A stretch of DNA of 64,000 nucleotides from an uncultured Oligoflexales bacterium (GTDB lineage: Bacteria; Bdellovibrionota_B; Oligoflexia; Oligoflexales; CAZLMG01), in NCBI GenBank assembly GCA_964560765.1, contig CAZLMG010000007.1:31930-95929 (forward strand). Direction: 5' to 3'. This document shows positions 27,753 to 37,297 of this stretch, piece after piece. Under the pieces are notes generated by a model. The model was given only the letters and a program-made list of their open reading frames with translations, searched no databases and had not been told where the DNA came from. The position numbers were made by a program, and so were the translations under genes. How positions within the stretch are numbered: position 1 is the stretch's first letter; the number at the start of each line of letters is the position of its first letter.

Positions 27753-28934
27753 TCAAATGCCAAAGATCCGCTCGATCACCCTCTCCCTTGTGGCGCGCTC
27801 CAAGTCTTCGGGAATGGATTGCCCAATTCCAAAATAGCTCAATGGCAATGACCATTTCGCGCACTCATTAAAGATAGACCCGAAGCGCCAGCCTTCGTCT
27901 AACTTCGTAAATATCAAGCTCTGGATGCCCAGAGGCGAAAAATAACGCACGGTTCGATCCAGCTGCTCCTGCTGAGATGTTACTGGGAGCATCAAGTGAA
28001 AATCCACCGGCACCGTCAACTTCGTGTAGGATTCTAGCTCTACTCTTGCACTGTCGTTTTTGGGACTACGACCGGAAGTATCAACCAATACGATGTCAAC
28101 GTCTCGGTGATTGCCTAGTACTGTTGGCAACTCCGCTGGCGACGCGATGGATACAAACGGGAGGTCCATGACTTTGCAGAGCACTCGGAGTTGATCTGAA
28201 CCAGCAATCTTCAAAGACTCGTGGGAAACGATCAGGACGCGTGCACGTTCCTTTCTTTGAAAGTGCGAGCCGATCTTCGCTACCGTTGCGGTTTTTCCTA
28301 CGCCAGTTCCTCCCACAAAAGCATGTACTGATACTGTCCCGGGAACGGTAGCCCATCGTGGCGCAACACGAATACGCTTAAGCATCCAACGCACAGCTTG
28401 CGCCCGGTAAAACTCTCGTAGTTCCTCGGGAGTGGCAGAGCGGGGCAATTCCTTTTCCGGAATACTCTTCAGACTTTGGATCAACGCCGATATATGAGTG
28501 TCGTCGACTTCGTGAATTCTGAGCTGCCGATCGATATCGACTAGCTGAGCCGGAACATCCTTTAATACGGACCCGTTCGTAGTTCGCAGCACATCTAGCA
28601 TCAGGACTTTGAGCTCCATGAGGGCCGACTCCGTCGCCTCAACTTGCTGCCGCTGGGCGACCGTGTGTTGGAGATCATCGATTCGTTGCTCAAGTGAGCG
28701 AATTCGCCCCATTAGCTCCACAGCCGACTGGCCGACTTCGGTAGCGGCAGAGATGGCGCCAAGTTGACGAGATGTTGTCGCTGAGGCGGCAGTTACTTCG
28801 ATCATTTTGTGGCCTGAAGCCTCCGTGCTAGGCTTTTGTCGCGTGCTGAGAATGACGGCATCGCTTCCAAGCTCAGCCTTGATGGCCTTGACGGCGTCGC
28901 GCATGCTGACGGCTTCATATGTCCGTACGTCCAC
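27753..28934 (-). CDS. flhF: flagellar biosynthesis SRP-type GTPase FlhF
   Basis: FlhF-type N-terminus (MDVRTYEAVSMRDAVKAIKAELG), G1 FVGGTGVGKT, G3 VDTSGRS, and TKLDE. Confidence 0.85.
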   Translation of the reverse strand: MDVRTYEAVSMRDAVKAIKAELGSDAVILSTRQKPSTEASGHKMIEVTAASATTSRQLGAISAATEVGQSAVELMGRIRSLEQRIDDLQHTVAQRQQVEATESALMELKVLMLDVLRTTNGSVLKDVPAQLVDIDRQLRIHEVDDTHISALIQSLKSIPEKELPRSATPEELREFYRAQAVRWMLKRIRVAPRWATVPGTVSVHAFVGGTGVGKTATVAKIGSHFQRKERARVLIVSHESLKIAGSDQLRVLCKVMDLPFVSIASPAELPTVLGNHRDVDIVLVDTSGRSPKNDSARVELESYTKLTVPVDFHLMLPVTSQQEQLDRTVRYFSPLGIQSLIFTKLDEGWRFGSIFNECAKWSLPLSYFGIGQSIPEDLERATRERVIERIFGI

Positions 28935-28948
28935 AGGTCAAGCTCCTA

Positions 28949-31057
28949 TCAAATCGTGACGATCCCAATGGTTTGAGTCTTGGTGCCCTTTGGAATCTCA
29001 TCGAATGCAATAACTGTGACGCCAGGAATAAATCGATCCACAAGTTGCTTCAAATCCCAGCGAATCATCGAACCGCAAAGCAGAACGGGATGCGTCCCCG
29101 TGGTTTGGAATCCTTCAATCGTTTCTGCAATACCGTTGAGAATTCTCTGAGCAATTTCTGGATCTAAATGCAGTGAAGTTGAACCATCTTCCCGGTGTTG
29201 CAAACCAGACACCAATAGGTCCTCGACAGCACGATCAAGCGTCGCCACAACCAACCGCTCATCTGGTGCGAGGTACTTCCTAATGATACCACGGCCGAGG
29301 GCGCGGCGAACATATCGGGTAAGCGCATCCGGATTCTTTATGCTGCGACAGTGATCAGCAACGGTCTCGAAAATCGTGAGTAAGTCGCGGATACTCACCC
29401 TTTCTTTTAGGAGATTCTGCAGAACTTTAACCACATCTCCAAGATTCAGACGGTCGTTGGCGATCACCTCTTCAACCACTTTTGGATTCTCCGCCTTGAG
29501 GCGCTCAATGAGGTGCTGTGTATCTTGGCGGGAAAGCAAATGATCAGCGCTCTCCTCAATCAATTTCGTGAGATGCGTAACGATAACCGTCGAACAATTG
29601 ACAACCGTATATCCGCGGAACGCCGCGTCCTCACGTTGAGAAGCTTTTATCCACAATGCATCTAAGCCATAGGCCGGCTCCTTGGTCTTGATGCCTTCAA
29701 TCGGCTCGGAAATCTCGCCAGGGTCCATCGCCAAGTAATACTCTGCCATGAGATGTCCGCGTCCAATGACGTTCCCCTTCAGTAGAATCTGGTACTCTCC
29801 GGGCCGCAGTTGGATATTGTCGCGGACCATGACCATCGGCACAACGATCCCCATTTCTTGAGCAAACTGCTTACGAGCCGAGACGATGCGTTCGAGTACT
29901 TCCCCATCCTGCTGTGTGTCTACCAACGGAATCAACCCGACACCCACTTCAAGAGATAACGTATCCAGGTGAAGCATTGTATCGATGGCTTCACGACTCC
30001 CCTCGACGGGCTTCTCAACAACGGCGGCTTTGCTGGCCTTCTCTTCAGCGCGTTTTCTAACCGCGGCCTCCGAGAATCGCCCGAGAATAACGAAACCGAC
30101 CGCCAAGATTGAAAATGGCGCCATCGGTAAACCCGGTATGATGGCCATGATGGATAGCAAACCTGCGCAAACAAATATGGGCTTTGGATGCAGGAAGAAC
30201 TGATCCGTGACGGCTTCGCTAAGGCCGCGCGATTCTCCTGCTCGCGTAACAACGATACCTGCCGCAGTAGAGATGATGAGCGCTGGAACCTGAGAAACGA
30301 GACCATCACCAACTGTCAGCAGTGTGAAGACTTCTGCCGCCTCGGCGAAAGACATGCTGTAGGTGACAACGCCGAGAATGAGGCCAACGATAATGTTGAT
30401 GGCGGTAATGATAATGCCGGCGATGGCGTCACCGCGAACAAACTTACTCGCACCGTCCATGGCTCCGTAAAAGTCCGCCTCGCGTTCAACTTTCGAACGA
30501 CGGGCTCGGGCCTCATCACGGTCAATCAGTCCTGCGTTGAGTTCTGCATCGATCGACATTTGTTTGCCTGGCATGGCGTCCAATGTAAATCGCGCGCCAA
30601 CTTCCGCAACACGGCCGGCACCCTTAGTGATAACAATAAAGTTGATGACAACGAGGATGACAAAGATCACGAAACCGACGAAGTAGTTGCCGCCGACAAC
30701 AAAATTTCCGAATGCAGCAACCACCTCGCTCACATTCCCTGAGACGCCATCCAGCAGAATGCTTCGGGTGGTGGCTACGTTCAAGCCAAGGCGCAGCAGC
30801 GTTGTGATCAGCAATATGGTAGGGAATGTGGAGAAATCAAGCGGCTCTTTCACGTAAATGGAAATCAGCAAGACCATAAATGCTGAGATGATAGAAACAC
30901 ACAAGAGAAGGTCTAGAATCAGTGGTGGCAGAGGCACAATCATGATCAGCAAGATGCCAATCAACCCGAACGCAAAGTGTATGTCAGGGCTCTTGATGAG
31001 AGCCATGAAGCCTGTTGCTGGTTCTGTAGTGGTTGCAGCTGCCTTGGTTGCCATCAT
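28949..31057 (-). CDS. flhA: flagellar type III export gate protein FlhA
   Basis: 702 aa. FHIPEP-type membrane domain (FVIFVILVVINFIVITKGAGRVAEVGARFTLDAMPGKQMSIDAELNAG) and a large cytoplasmic C-domain. Confidence 0.97.
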   Translation of the reverse strand: MMATKAAATTTEPATGFMALIKSPDIHFAFGLIGILLIMIVPLPPLILDLLLCVSIISAFMVLLISIYVKEPLDFSTFPTILLITTLLRLGLNVATTRSILLDGVSGNVSEVVAAFGNFVVGGNYFVGFVIFVILVVINFIVITKGAGRVAEVGARFTLDAMPGKQMSIDAELNAGLIDRDEARARRSKVEREADFYGAMDGASKFVRGDAIAGIIITAINIIVGLILGVVTYSMSFAEAAEVFTLLTVGDGLVSQVPALIISTAAGIVVTRAGESRGLSEAVTDQFFLHPKPIFVCAGLLSIMAIIPGLPMAPFSILAVGFVILGRFSEAAVRKRAEEKASKAAVVEKPVEGSREAIDTMLHLDTLSLEVGVGLIPLVDTQQDGEVLERIVSARKQFAQEMGIVVPMVMVRDNIQLRPGEYQILLKGNVIGRGHLMAEYYLAMDPGEISEPIEGIKTKEPAYGLDALWIKASQREDAAFRGYTVVNCSTVIVTHLTKLIEESADHLLSRQDTQHLIERLKAENPKVVEEVIANDRLNLGDVVKVLQNLLKERVSIRDLLTIFETVADHCRSIKNPDALTRYVRRALGRGIIRKYLAPDERLVVATLDRAVEDLLVSGLQHREDGSTSLHLDPEIAQRILNGIAETIEGFQTTGTHPVLLCGSMIRWDLKQLVDRFIPGVTVIAFDEIPKGTKTQTIGIVTI

Positions 31058-32154
31058 CTAGCTCCCTCTTGAGGGTGGCTTGGCTGCGCCTTTATGCCCT
31101 TGAGCTGAAAGACATATCTGATGACTTCGGACACAGCCTTGTAGAGGCTCTGTGGGATGTGCTGCCCAATTTCCAGCATTTTATATAAAGTTCGCGCGAG
31201 TGGCTTATCTTCAACAAGCGGTACTCCACTCTCTTTCGCAACTTCCTTAATCCGCTGTGCGATATGATCGATGCCCTTAGCAACGACAATAGGCGCTGCC
31301 ATTCCGTACTCGTACTTTAGAGCGACGGCAAAGTGAGTTGGGTTGGTGACGACAACAGTAGCTGTTTTGGTAGCGGTTAACATTTTTCGGGTTGCTGCGT
31401 CACGTTGCATGCGGCGCATTTTTCCCTTAACATGAGGGTCGACTTCGCGCTTTTTGATTTCCTCTTTAACCTCTTGCTTCGTCATGCGCATTTTGCTTTC
31501 GACCTGTCGCCAGTTGTAGATGTAGTCAACACCACCGACCAGTATCAAGAGTCCAGCAACAGCCCAGAATAGCTGCTCCGTAATTTCACCCCAGTGTGCC
31601 CAGGCGTGCATCATCGAAAAATTCATGAGCGCGGGAACAATCTTTAACTCGCCGCGAAGTATGAGGTAGGAGACGAGGAATATGCCGCAAAGCTTCGCAA
31701 CTCCCTTGAATAACTCCAATAGAGACTGTGTGCCCAGCATGCGGGCTATGCCGGTGATAGGGTTCATGCGATTGAATTCAGGCGTTAGCTTCTTCCAAGA
31801 CCAGTTCAGTCTGGTTTGGGCGAGTGTAGTGGCAGTGGCGGCTATTGAAGCGACAGCCGCGACTGGAAGCATAAGAATTAGAGTCTTGAACCAAATGGAG
31901 CTGGCGAACTCGAGTGCATTCTCCTGATTAACCTTGAAAGATCCTGCAATCTGGAAGGAGTGGATAAAAAGCTCTGCGAACAAATTAACAAAGGTTTGAC
32001 CGAATGCGGAAAGGAAAACCACAGTTGCACCCAGGACAAATACCGAGGTGACCTCGCGTGACATGGCGATTTGGCCTCGCTCGCGGAACTCTTCGCGACG
32101 TTCCTGCGAGGCCTCTTCGGTTCGGTCATCATTATCTATGTCCTGATCAGCCAC
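31054..32154 (-). CDS. flhB: flagellar export switch protein FlhB
   Basis: N-terminus TEEASQERREEFRERGQIAMSRE, four TM segments, and the NPTH autocleavage site (VVVTNPTHFAVAL). 4-nt overlap with flhA. Confidence 0.95.
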   Translation of the reverse strand: MADQDIDNDDRTEEASQERREEFRERGQIAMSREVTSVFVLGATVVFLSAFGQTFVNLFAELFIHSFQIAGSFKVNQENALEFASSIWFKTLILMLPVAAVASIAATATTLAQTRLNWSWKKLTPEFNRMNPITGIARMLGTQSLLELFKGVAKLCGIFLVSYLILRGELKIVPALMNFSMMHAWAHWGEITEQLFWAVAGLLILVGGVDYIYNWRQVESKMRMTKQEVKEEIKKREVDPHVKGKMRRMQRDAATRKMLTATKTATVVVTNPTHFAVALKYEYGMAAPIVVAKGIDHIAQRIKEVAKESGVPLVEDKPLARTLYKMLEIGQHIPQSLYKAVSEVIRYVFQLKGIKAQPSHPQEGAR

Positions 32155-32168
32155 GATCTAGTCCCCAA

Positions 32169-32951
32169 TCAGTACATTTGCCGGATGGCCGTTAGCGTCT
32201 TATCGTAACCTTCGAGAAATCGCTCTTGGAGCCAAGTCGGGTAGAGTGGCAGCGTAGCTGCATAGATCACCATTCCCACGAACAGGCTTATTGGAAAGCT
32301 CAGAGCGAAAACGTTCAATTGTGGAACTGTTCTCGCCATGAGACCTAGTGCTGCCATTGTGAAGATAAGAGAGATGAGGACAGGAGCTGCAAGTTGAATG
32401 CCGATCTGAAAAATGGAAGCAGTCAGGTCGCTCAAGAGCTCAACCAGGTTGGGTCCGATGATGGCAGCGCCAGCAGGAATCGTCCTGAAGGTCTCAATAA
32501 TGCCGCTGATGAACAGGTGATGCAGATTTAGACTGAAAAAAATCAACATAACAATGAGGCGGTGCAGCGCGGTAAAACTGTTCATCTGCTGGCCAGCATC
32601 AGGAATGAACAGGTTAGCCGCACCAAATCCCATCTGAAATCCGACGACGGACGCAGCCATGACGACGCCTTCAAAGATAATCTTGGAAGTAAAGCCAATA
32701 ACTAGTCCAATTGAGATCTCGCGCAGAATGAGTGGTAGGTAGCCAATGGGATCATTGGGCACCTGCGCCCATCCGGATGCCAATGTGGGAGCTACGACAC
32801 CTGTGAGGGCTGCGGCCAACATGAGACGCGTACGAATAGGTACAGGTGCATCTCCAAAAATGGGCAAAGCAAACAAAATGGCGCCAATCCGCAAGAAGGC
32901 GACGGCATACGTCATCAGGATTTCTGGCTGAATGTTAAACATCGTTTCCAA
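32169..32951 (-). CDS. fliR: flagellar export apparatus protein FliR
   Basis: 260-aa polytopic membrane protein in the fliQ-flhB slot. FLRIGAILFALPIFG-type N-terminus. Confidence 0.9.
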   Translation of the reverse strand: METMFNIQPEILMTYAVAFLRIGAILFALPIFGDAPVPIRTRLMLAAALTGVVAPTLASGWAQVPNDPIGYLPLILREISIGLVIGFTSKIIFEGVVMAASVVGFQMGFGAANLFIPDAGQQMNSFTALHRLIVMLIFFSLNLHHLFISGIIETFRTIPAGAAIIGPNLVELLSDLTASIFQIGIQLAAPVLISLIFTMAALGLMARTVPQLNVFALSFPISLFVGMVIYAATLPLYPTWLQERFLEGYDKTLTAIRQMY

Positions 32952-32964
32952 TATCTTCTCGTTT

Positions 32965-33234
32965 CTAGCGGATCACTGCCGGGATGTTGTTGATGAGCTC
33001 AACCGTAAAACCGATCATGGTTTGCATGATCCACGATCCGCACAGGACGAGAGCGACGGTCATAAGGAGGATCTTAGGTATGAATGTGAGAGTCTGCTCG
33101 TTGATTTGAGTAGCAGCTTGAAATATAGAAACCGCCAAGCCTGTGAGAACCGCTGCCAGTAACGCAGGTGCGGAGACTTGCAGTGTCACCCAAATGGTTC
33201 TGGCGCCAAGGTCTAGGATAGTCTGAGCGGTCAT
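32965..33234 (-). CDS. fliQ: flagellar export apparatus protein FliQ
   Basis: 89-aa two-TM protein with the FQAATQINEQTLTFIPK motif. Confidence 0.9.
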   Translation of the reverse strand: MTAQTILDLGARTIWVTLQVSAPALLAAVLTGLAVSIFQAATQINEQTLTFIPKILLMTVALVLCGSWIMQTMIGFTVELINNIPAVIR

Positions 33235-33241
33235 TGTTCAC

Positions 33242-34039
33242 CTACATAAAAGTATTGTAACTGCGCACTAAGGACCCAACGATAAGCGACCATCCATCTA
33301 CTAGGACAAACAAGACTAGCTTGAACGGCAATGAAATAATTGTCGGTGGAAGCATCATCATCCCCATAGCCATTAGGATCGCAGAAATGACCATGTCTAT
33401 AACCAAAAACGGAATGTAGATGATGAATCCAATTTGGAAGGCGGTCTTCAACTCGCTGATCAAGAAGGCGGGTAGAAGTGTAGTGAGGCTAACCTCTTCT
33501 TTGGTTTGCGGCTGCGGCAATTTGAGCATGCTCATGAAGAGAGCGAGATCAGATTCGCGGGTTTCTGCCAACATGAACTTCTTTACGGGCTTTGTGAGCT
33601 CGTCAATGGCCTGATCTTGCGAAATCTTTTTCTCGGCGTAAGGGTCGTATGCACGAGTCTTGATTTCATCGATGACAGGAGCCATCGTAAAAAGCGTAAG
33701 AAACAGTGAAAGCCCAACCAGTACCTGGTTTGGTGGTGTGGTTGGTGTGCCAATTGCCTGTCTGACGAATGAAAGCACGATGACGATGCGAGTGAACGAT
33801 GTCATCATTAGCAAGATCGCAGGCGCTACAGATAGAACTGTGAGTAGTGCCAGTATCTTGATGGCTGGCACAACTTCTTCTGGCTGATCGGCTTCGGAAA
33901 GTGACAGCGAGAGTGACGGAATCCCGCCATCCGCTAGAGCAGTTTGGTCAAGACCGAGACACACTACCATTGCCAAAAAAGGCAACAGGCAGCAAATGGT
34001 GCCGCCTTCTTTGCGTCTCATATTTGGAGGAACGGGCAT
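33242..34039 (-). CDS. fliP: flagellar export apparatus protein FliP
   Basis: Signal-like N-terminus, then LLTVLSVAPAILLMMTSFTRIVIVLSFVRQAIG and GFIIYIPFLVIDMVISAILMAMGMMMLPP. Confidence 0.95.
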   Translation of the reverse strand: MPVPPNMRRKEGGTICCLLPFLAMVVCLGLDQTALADGGIPSLSLSLSEADQPEEVVPAIKILALLTVLSVAPAILLMMTSFTRIVIVLSFVRQAIGTPTTPPNQVLVGLSLFLTLFTMAPVIDEIKTRAYDPYAEKKISQDQAIDELTKPVKKFMLAETRESDLALFMSMLKLPQPQTKEEVSLTTLLPAFLISELKTAFQIGFIIYIPFLVIDMVISAILMAMGMMMLPPTIISLPFKLVLFVLVDGWSLIVGSLVRSYNTFM

Positions 34040-34047
34040 AAACTAAC

Positions 34048-35103
34048 CTATGCAATTTGAGGCAAATTCTTTAGGCGCTCTCGTATCATTTTCGTGACGT
34101 CGTTGACGGATTGTGTGCTCGCCTTGTCTTTAGCGGGAGCATTGCTTTGCACAATTTTCCGTTGTGGTTTTTCATTCTTGGTTGGAGTTCGCATCTCCAG
34201 GTTCGTGCGTTGTGGGGGTGTAAAAGATTGGCCGCTCTCATTTCCGGCGCTTTGTTCTGGTAAAGCTCTTTGTGGAGCAGCTGCCATGGCTTGCATGAAG
34301 CTGGCCGGGAGCATTGGCTGCGAAGAGGGTTGGCTCAGAGTCGTCAAAAACTGAATCCCCGTTGGAGTGATGCTCAAAAGGATCTTCTCTCCGGCCGCCT
34401 CGATGAGACGAAGCTGCTGCTTGTGCCCAAGGCTCTGCGTTGCTAGGGTGCGAATAAGCGGCTCATCGACGTTTCGACTCGGCTGCTTGCGAAGTCGCAT
34501 TCTTGGCCGCAGCCAATAGAGAAACCCAATCATGAACATGCCGGCAACGGCGAACCAGGTTGATATTTTCAAGTTTCGCTTCAACTTGTTGTCGAAGGCT
34601 GCAAATGAGGCCGCTTTTCCATCCTGAGGTTTAAGCAATTCAGAGGGCATTTTCCCGGCGTCTGATTCCACTTGTGTAGATGCGATTACGGCGTCGGCGC
34701 CGGAGTGCGCTACAGAGATGATGAACTGCCTTTCCAGCACATCGGAGCGCCACAGATTAATGTCCTTCGGGGCGTTTGGCAGCAAGAAGATGCGGAATGC
34801 AGCATCTTTCTCGGTAGCCTGAAAGGCGACGATCTTGGCGATAATTTTTCCATCACCCTCCTGGAACTGGCCAGGATTAGTAACCATGGTATTGGGTAAG
34901 TCGAATTGCAGGAAGTTTCCGTGCAATTTTGGTGTGACCTGAGCCCATACCGGCTTCTCACTCAATCGCAGTGTTACCGCAGTAAGATTTTCTTGTGTGT
35001 CAATTGTAATATCGCCCAGCGTCACTGGGGCAACGCTGGCAAAAACTTTCGCTGCGAGTGAGATTGCGCTGAGAGATAGTGCCATTCGCCATCGATTTAA
35101 CAT
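34048..35103 (-). CDS. fliO: FliO-like protein with extended periplasmic N-terminal (AMIN-like) domain and Q/P/S-rich tail
   Basis: Occupies the fliN-fliP slot. TM ISTWFAVAGMFMIGFLYWL is followed by the FliO-type segment LGHKQQLRLIEAAGEKILLSITPTGIQFL. At 351 aa it is unusually long, with a signal peptide and a ~150-aa N-terminal domain. Confidence 0.55.
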   Translation of the reverse strand: MLNRWRMALSLSAISLAAKVFASVAPVTLGDITIDTQENLTAVTLRLSEKPVWAQVTPKLHGNFLQFDLPNTMVTNPGQFQEGDGKIIAKIVAFQATEKDAAFRIFLLPNAPKDINLWRSDVLERQFIISVAHSGADAVIASTQVESDAGKMPSELLKPQDGKAASFAAFDNKLKRNLKISTWFAVAGMFMIGFLYWLRPRMRLRKQPSRNVDEPLIRTLATQSLGHKQQLRLIEAAGEKILLSITPTGIQFLTTLSQPSSQPMLPASFMQAMAAAPQRALPEQSAGNESGQSFTPPQRTNLEMRTPTKNEKPQRKIVQSNAPAKDKASTQSVNDVTKMIRERLKNLPQIA

Positions 35104-35147
35104 CAGGATCTCTCCGTCATGCAGACTGTAAGGATTTCCAGAGCTGG

Positions 35148-35606
35148 CTATGCAGATTCTTTGCCGAACGCTAGGTCACCTAAACCAAACTGTGAAACTA
35201 CGTCAGTTAACCGTACGCCAAACTTCTCATTCACAACGACGACTTCGCCCATGGCGACCAGCTTGTCGTTGATCAGGATCTCCATAGGCTCACCCGCGAT
35301 CTTGTCCAATTCGATGACAGACCCCTGTCCGAGTTGAAGGAGGTCGTTGACCAACATCTTTGTGCGGCCCAGCTCAACAGAGACCTTGAGTGGGACATCC
35401 AAGATCATTTTGAGCTTGGAAAAGTCGGTTTTGCCGACGCGGCCGTCTTCCCCACCAGCCCGGCTCGGAGCATCGGCGTCTTGATTCTCGCCGGCGTTGG
35501 TACCAGAGTCACTTGTGGCGTCTGCTAAAGCCTCGTCAAAATCACTTCCAAGGCCAAAATCATCCGGACTCATTCCTTGCTGGTCAGACACGCGGACCTC
35601 CTTCAT
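35148..35606 (-). CDS. fliN: flagellar motor switch protein FliN
   Basis: C-terminal SpoA/FliN domain VPLKVSVELGRTKMLVNDLLQLGQGSVIELDKIAGEPMEILINDKLVAMGEVVVVNEKFGVRL. Confidence 0.9.
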   Translation of the reverse strand: MKEVRVSDQQGMSPDDFGLGSDFDEALADATSDSGTNAGENQDADAPSRAGGEDGRVGKTDFSKLKMILDVPLKVSVELGRTKMLVNDLLQLGQGSVIELDKIAGEPMEILINDKLVAMGEVVVVNEKFGVRLTDVVSQFGLGDLAFGKESA

Positions 35607-35616
35607 TGAGCTCGCG

Positions 35617-36600
35617 TTATAGATCGATCATGGATTCGGTAACTTTGATGGCGCGATTCCCCTTCATGATTCCGGGTATGCCGCGAAACTTAGGTACTCC
35701 CTCGACAAGAACATCAAGTGGAGCTGTCGCATCGGTATTAAGTTGGATGATATCCCCTGGGGTGAGGTGCATAAGGTCTTCCACGGAAATATTGGCGTCA
35801 CCGAGTTTGACCAACATATTGGCGGAAGTTTGCATGATCTGTTCTTTGATGCGGTTAATCCAGATGAAGTCGACTTCCAATTGTTCGCTTTGAAATCCGA
35901 CAGACAGCTTTGACTTGATGGGCTCGAGCGTAGCGTATGGAATTACAATTTTTATGGTGCCTGAAACCTTCTCCAGCTCGACGTCCAGCGTTGTGGCTAT
36001 GACCACGTCTGACGGTGGTACGACTGCTACGAATTGTGGATTGATCTCAGTTCGGCTATAGCCGATTTTCAGCGGGTAAACTGGTTCCCATGCTTTCTCT
36101 AAGTCATCAATGGCCGACAGTACGACACGGCGAGCAATCTTAATCTCGATTTGAGTAAAATCTTTTCCTTCGATCTTGGTGTATGGGACGTCATTTCCTC
36201 CAAAGAAGCTATCAACCAGCGCGTAAAGCAGCTTTGATTCGATAACCATAACCGCGGCGCCGCGAAGTGGGTCAAGTCTGAGGATGTTTAAGCAGCTTGG
36301 CAACGGCAGGGAGTTCATAAATTCAGAAAACTTCAGAGGGCCGGTTGAGTTGACACTCAGGTTTGCCATCTTGCGCAAGGCATTGGAAAGCGTCACACGA
36401 AACAGTCGGATAAAACGATCATGGATGATGTCCAGGGTGGGCATCCGGCCCCGAATGATTCGATCTTGGTTAGCCAAGTCGTATTGGACGACGCCGCTGC
36501 TTAGCCCGTCTGCCGACGAGGGCTCGTCCGAATCGACTCGATTGTCCGATACGGCCGAGAGCAGTGCATCGACTTCGCTTTGAGAGAGGACTTGACTCAC
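35617..36600 (-). CDS. fliM: flagellar motor switch protein FliM
   Basis: N-terminal LSQSEVDALL CheY-P-binding motif, middle FliM domain, and C-terminal SpoA-like domain. Confidence 0.9.
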   Translation of the reverse strand: MSQVLSQSEVDALLSAVSDNRVDSDEPSSADGLSSGVVQYDLANQDRIIRGRMPTLDIIHDRFIRLFRVTLSNALRKMANLSVNSTGPLKFSEFMNSLPLPSCLNILRLDPLRGAAVMVIESKLLYALVDSFFGGNDVPYTKIEGKDFTQIEIKIARRVVLSAIDDLEKAWEPVYPLKIGYSRTEINPQFVAVVPPSDVVIATTLDVELEKVSGTIKIVIPYATLEPIKSKLSVGFQSEQLEVDFIWINRIKEQIMQTSANMLVKLGDANISVEDLMHLTPGDIIQLNTDATAPLDVLVEGVPKFRGIPGIMKGNRAIKVTESMIDL

Positions 36601-36607
36601 TGGGTAC

Positions 36608-37267
36608 CTACTCGATGATGAAGTCAGTGATATAGACTGCCTCTAGGGGCTTACTCATGTAGCGATTGAGTCGAATGAGAATTTCGCGGCGCAGCTGCGC
36701 CTTGCCATCTGGCCCAAGGAGAAACTCGCGCGATTTTCTGCTGACAACACCAACAACGGCATCACGGAGCTGAGGCAGCCGCTTTTCTATTTCGGCTTTT
36801 TGATCCGGACCGCCCTTATATTCGACCGCTACGGACAAGCGGACGTAGTGATTTTCTAGAGGATTGCCCAGGTTTAGGTGAAACGCTTTGAATTCGTAGG
36901 TTTCGCCGAATTCGCCTGTGGAGTCGCCTGTGCCCCCCTTACCTGCCGCGCCCGCCTTTTGCTCGCCACCTTCGGTCTTGACCGGGCCTGGCCCATTATC
37001 GCCTGTCGTTGGGGCTTTTGCAGCGCCCTCCTCGTCGCCTCCCTTACCAGCCTCCGACTTGGGCTCATTTGCGCGAGCAGCTGATTGATCGGCATGCTCG
37101 TCGCCGCCCCCGCCCATCAGGAACATGGCGGCGGCTCCCGCTACGGCAATGATCGCCACAGCGCCCCCGATGATGATCAATTTCTTCTTTTTGGATGGTG
37201 CGACATCCCCTGAAGCTTCGGTTGCTTCGGAGGAGTCCTTACCTTTGTCTTCTGCTTTATCTGCCAC
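36608..37267 (-). CDS. fliL: flagellar basal-body-associated protein FliL
   Basis: GTG start with GAGGTG RBS. Single TM (LIIIGGAVAIIAVAGAAAMFLM), a ~70-aa Gly/Ala/Glu/Lys-rich linker, then the FliL domain (FHLNLGNPLENHYVRLSVAVEY...LRDAVVGVVS). Confidence 0.8.
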   Translation of the reverse strand: MADKAEDKGKDSSEATEASGDVAPSKKKKLIIIGGAVAIIAVAGAAAMFLMGGGGDEHADQSAARANEPKSEAGKGGDEEGAAKAPTTGDNGPGPVKTEGGEQKAGAAGKGGTGDSTGEFGETYEFKAFHLNLGNPLENHYVRLSVAVEYKGGPDQKAEIEKRLPQLRDAVVGVVSRKSREFLLGPDGKAQLRREILIRLNRYMSKPLEAVYITDFIIE

Positions 37268-37297
37268 GTTAATACACCTCGCTAGCCCGAGACTGTT

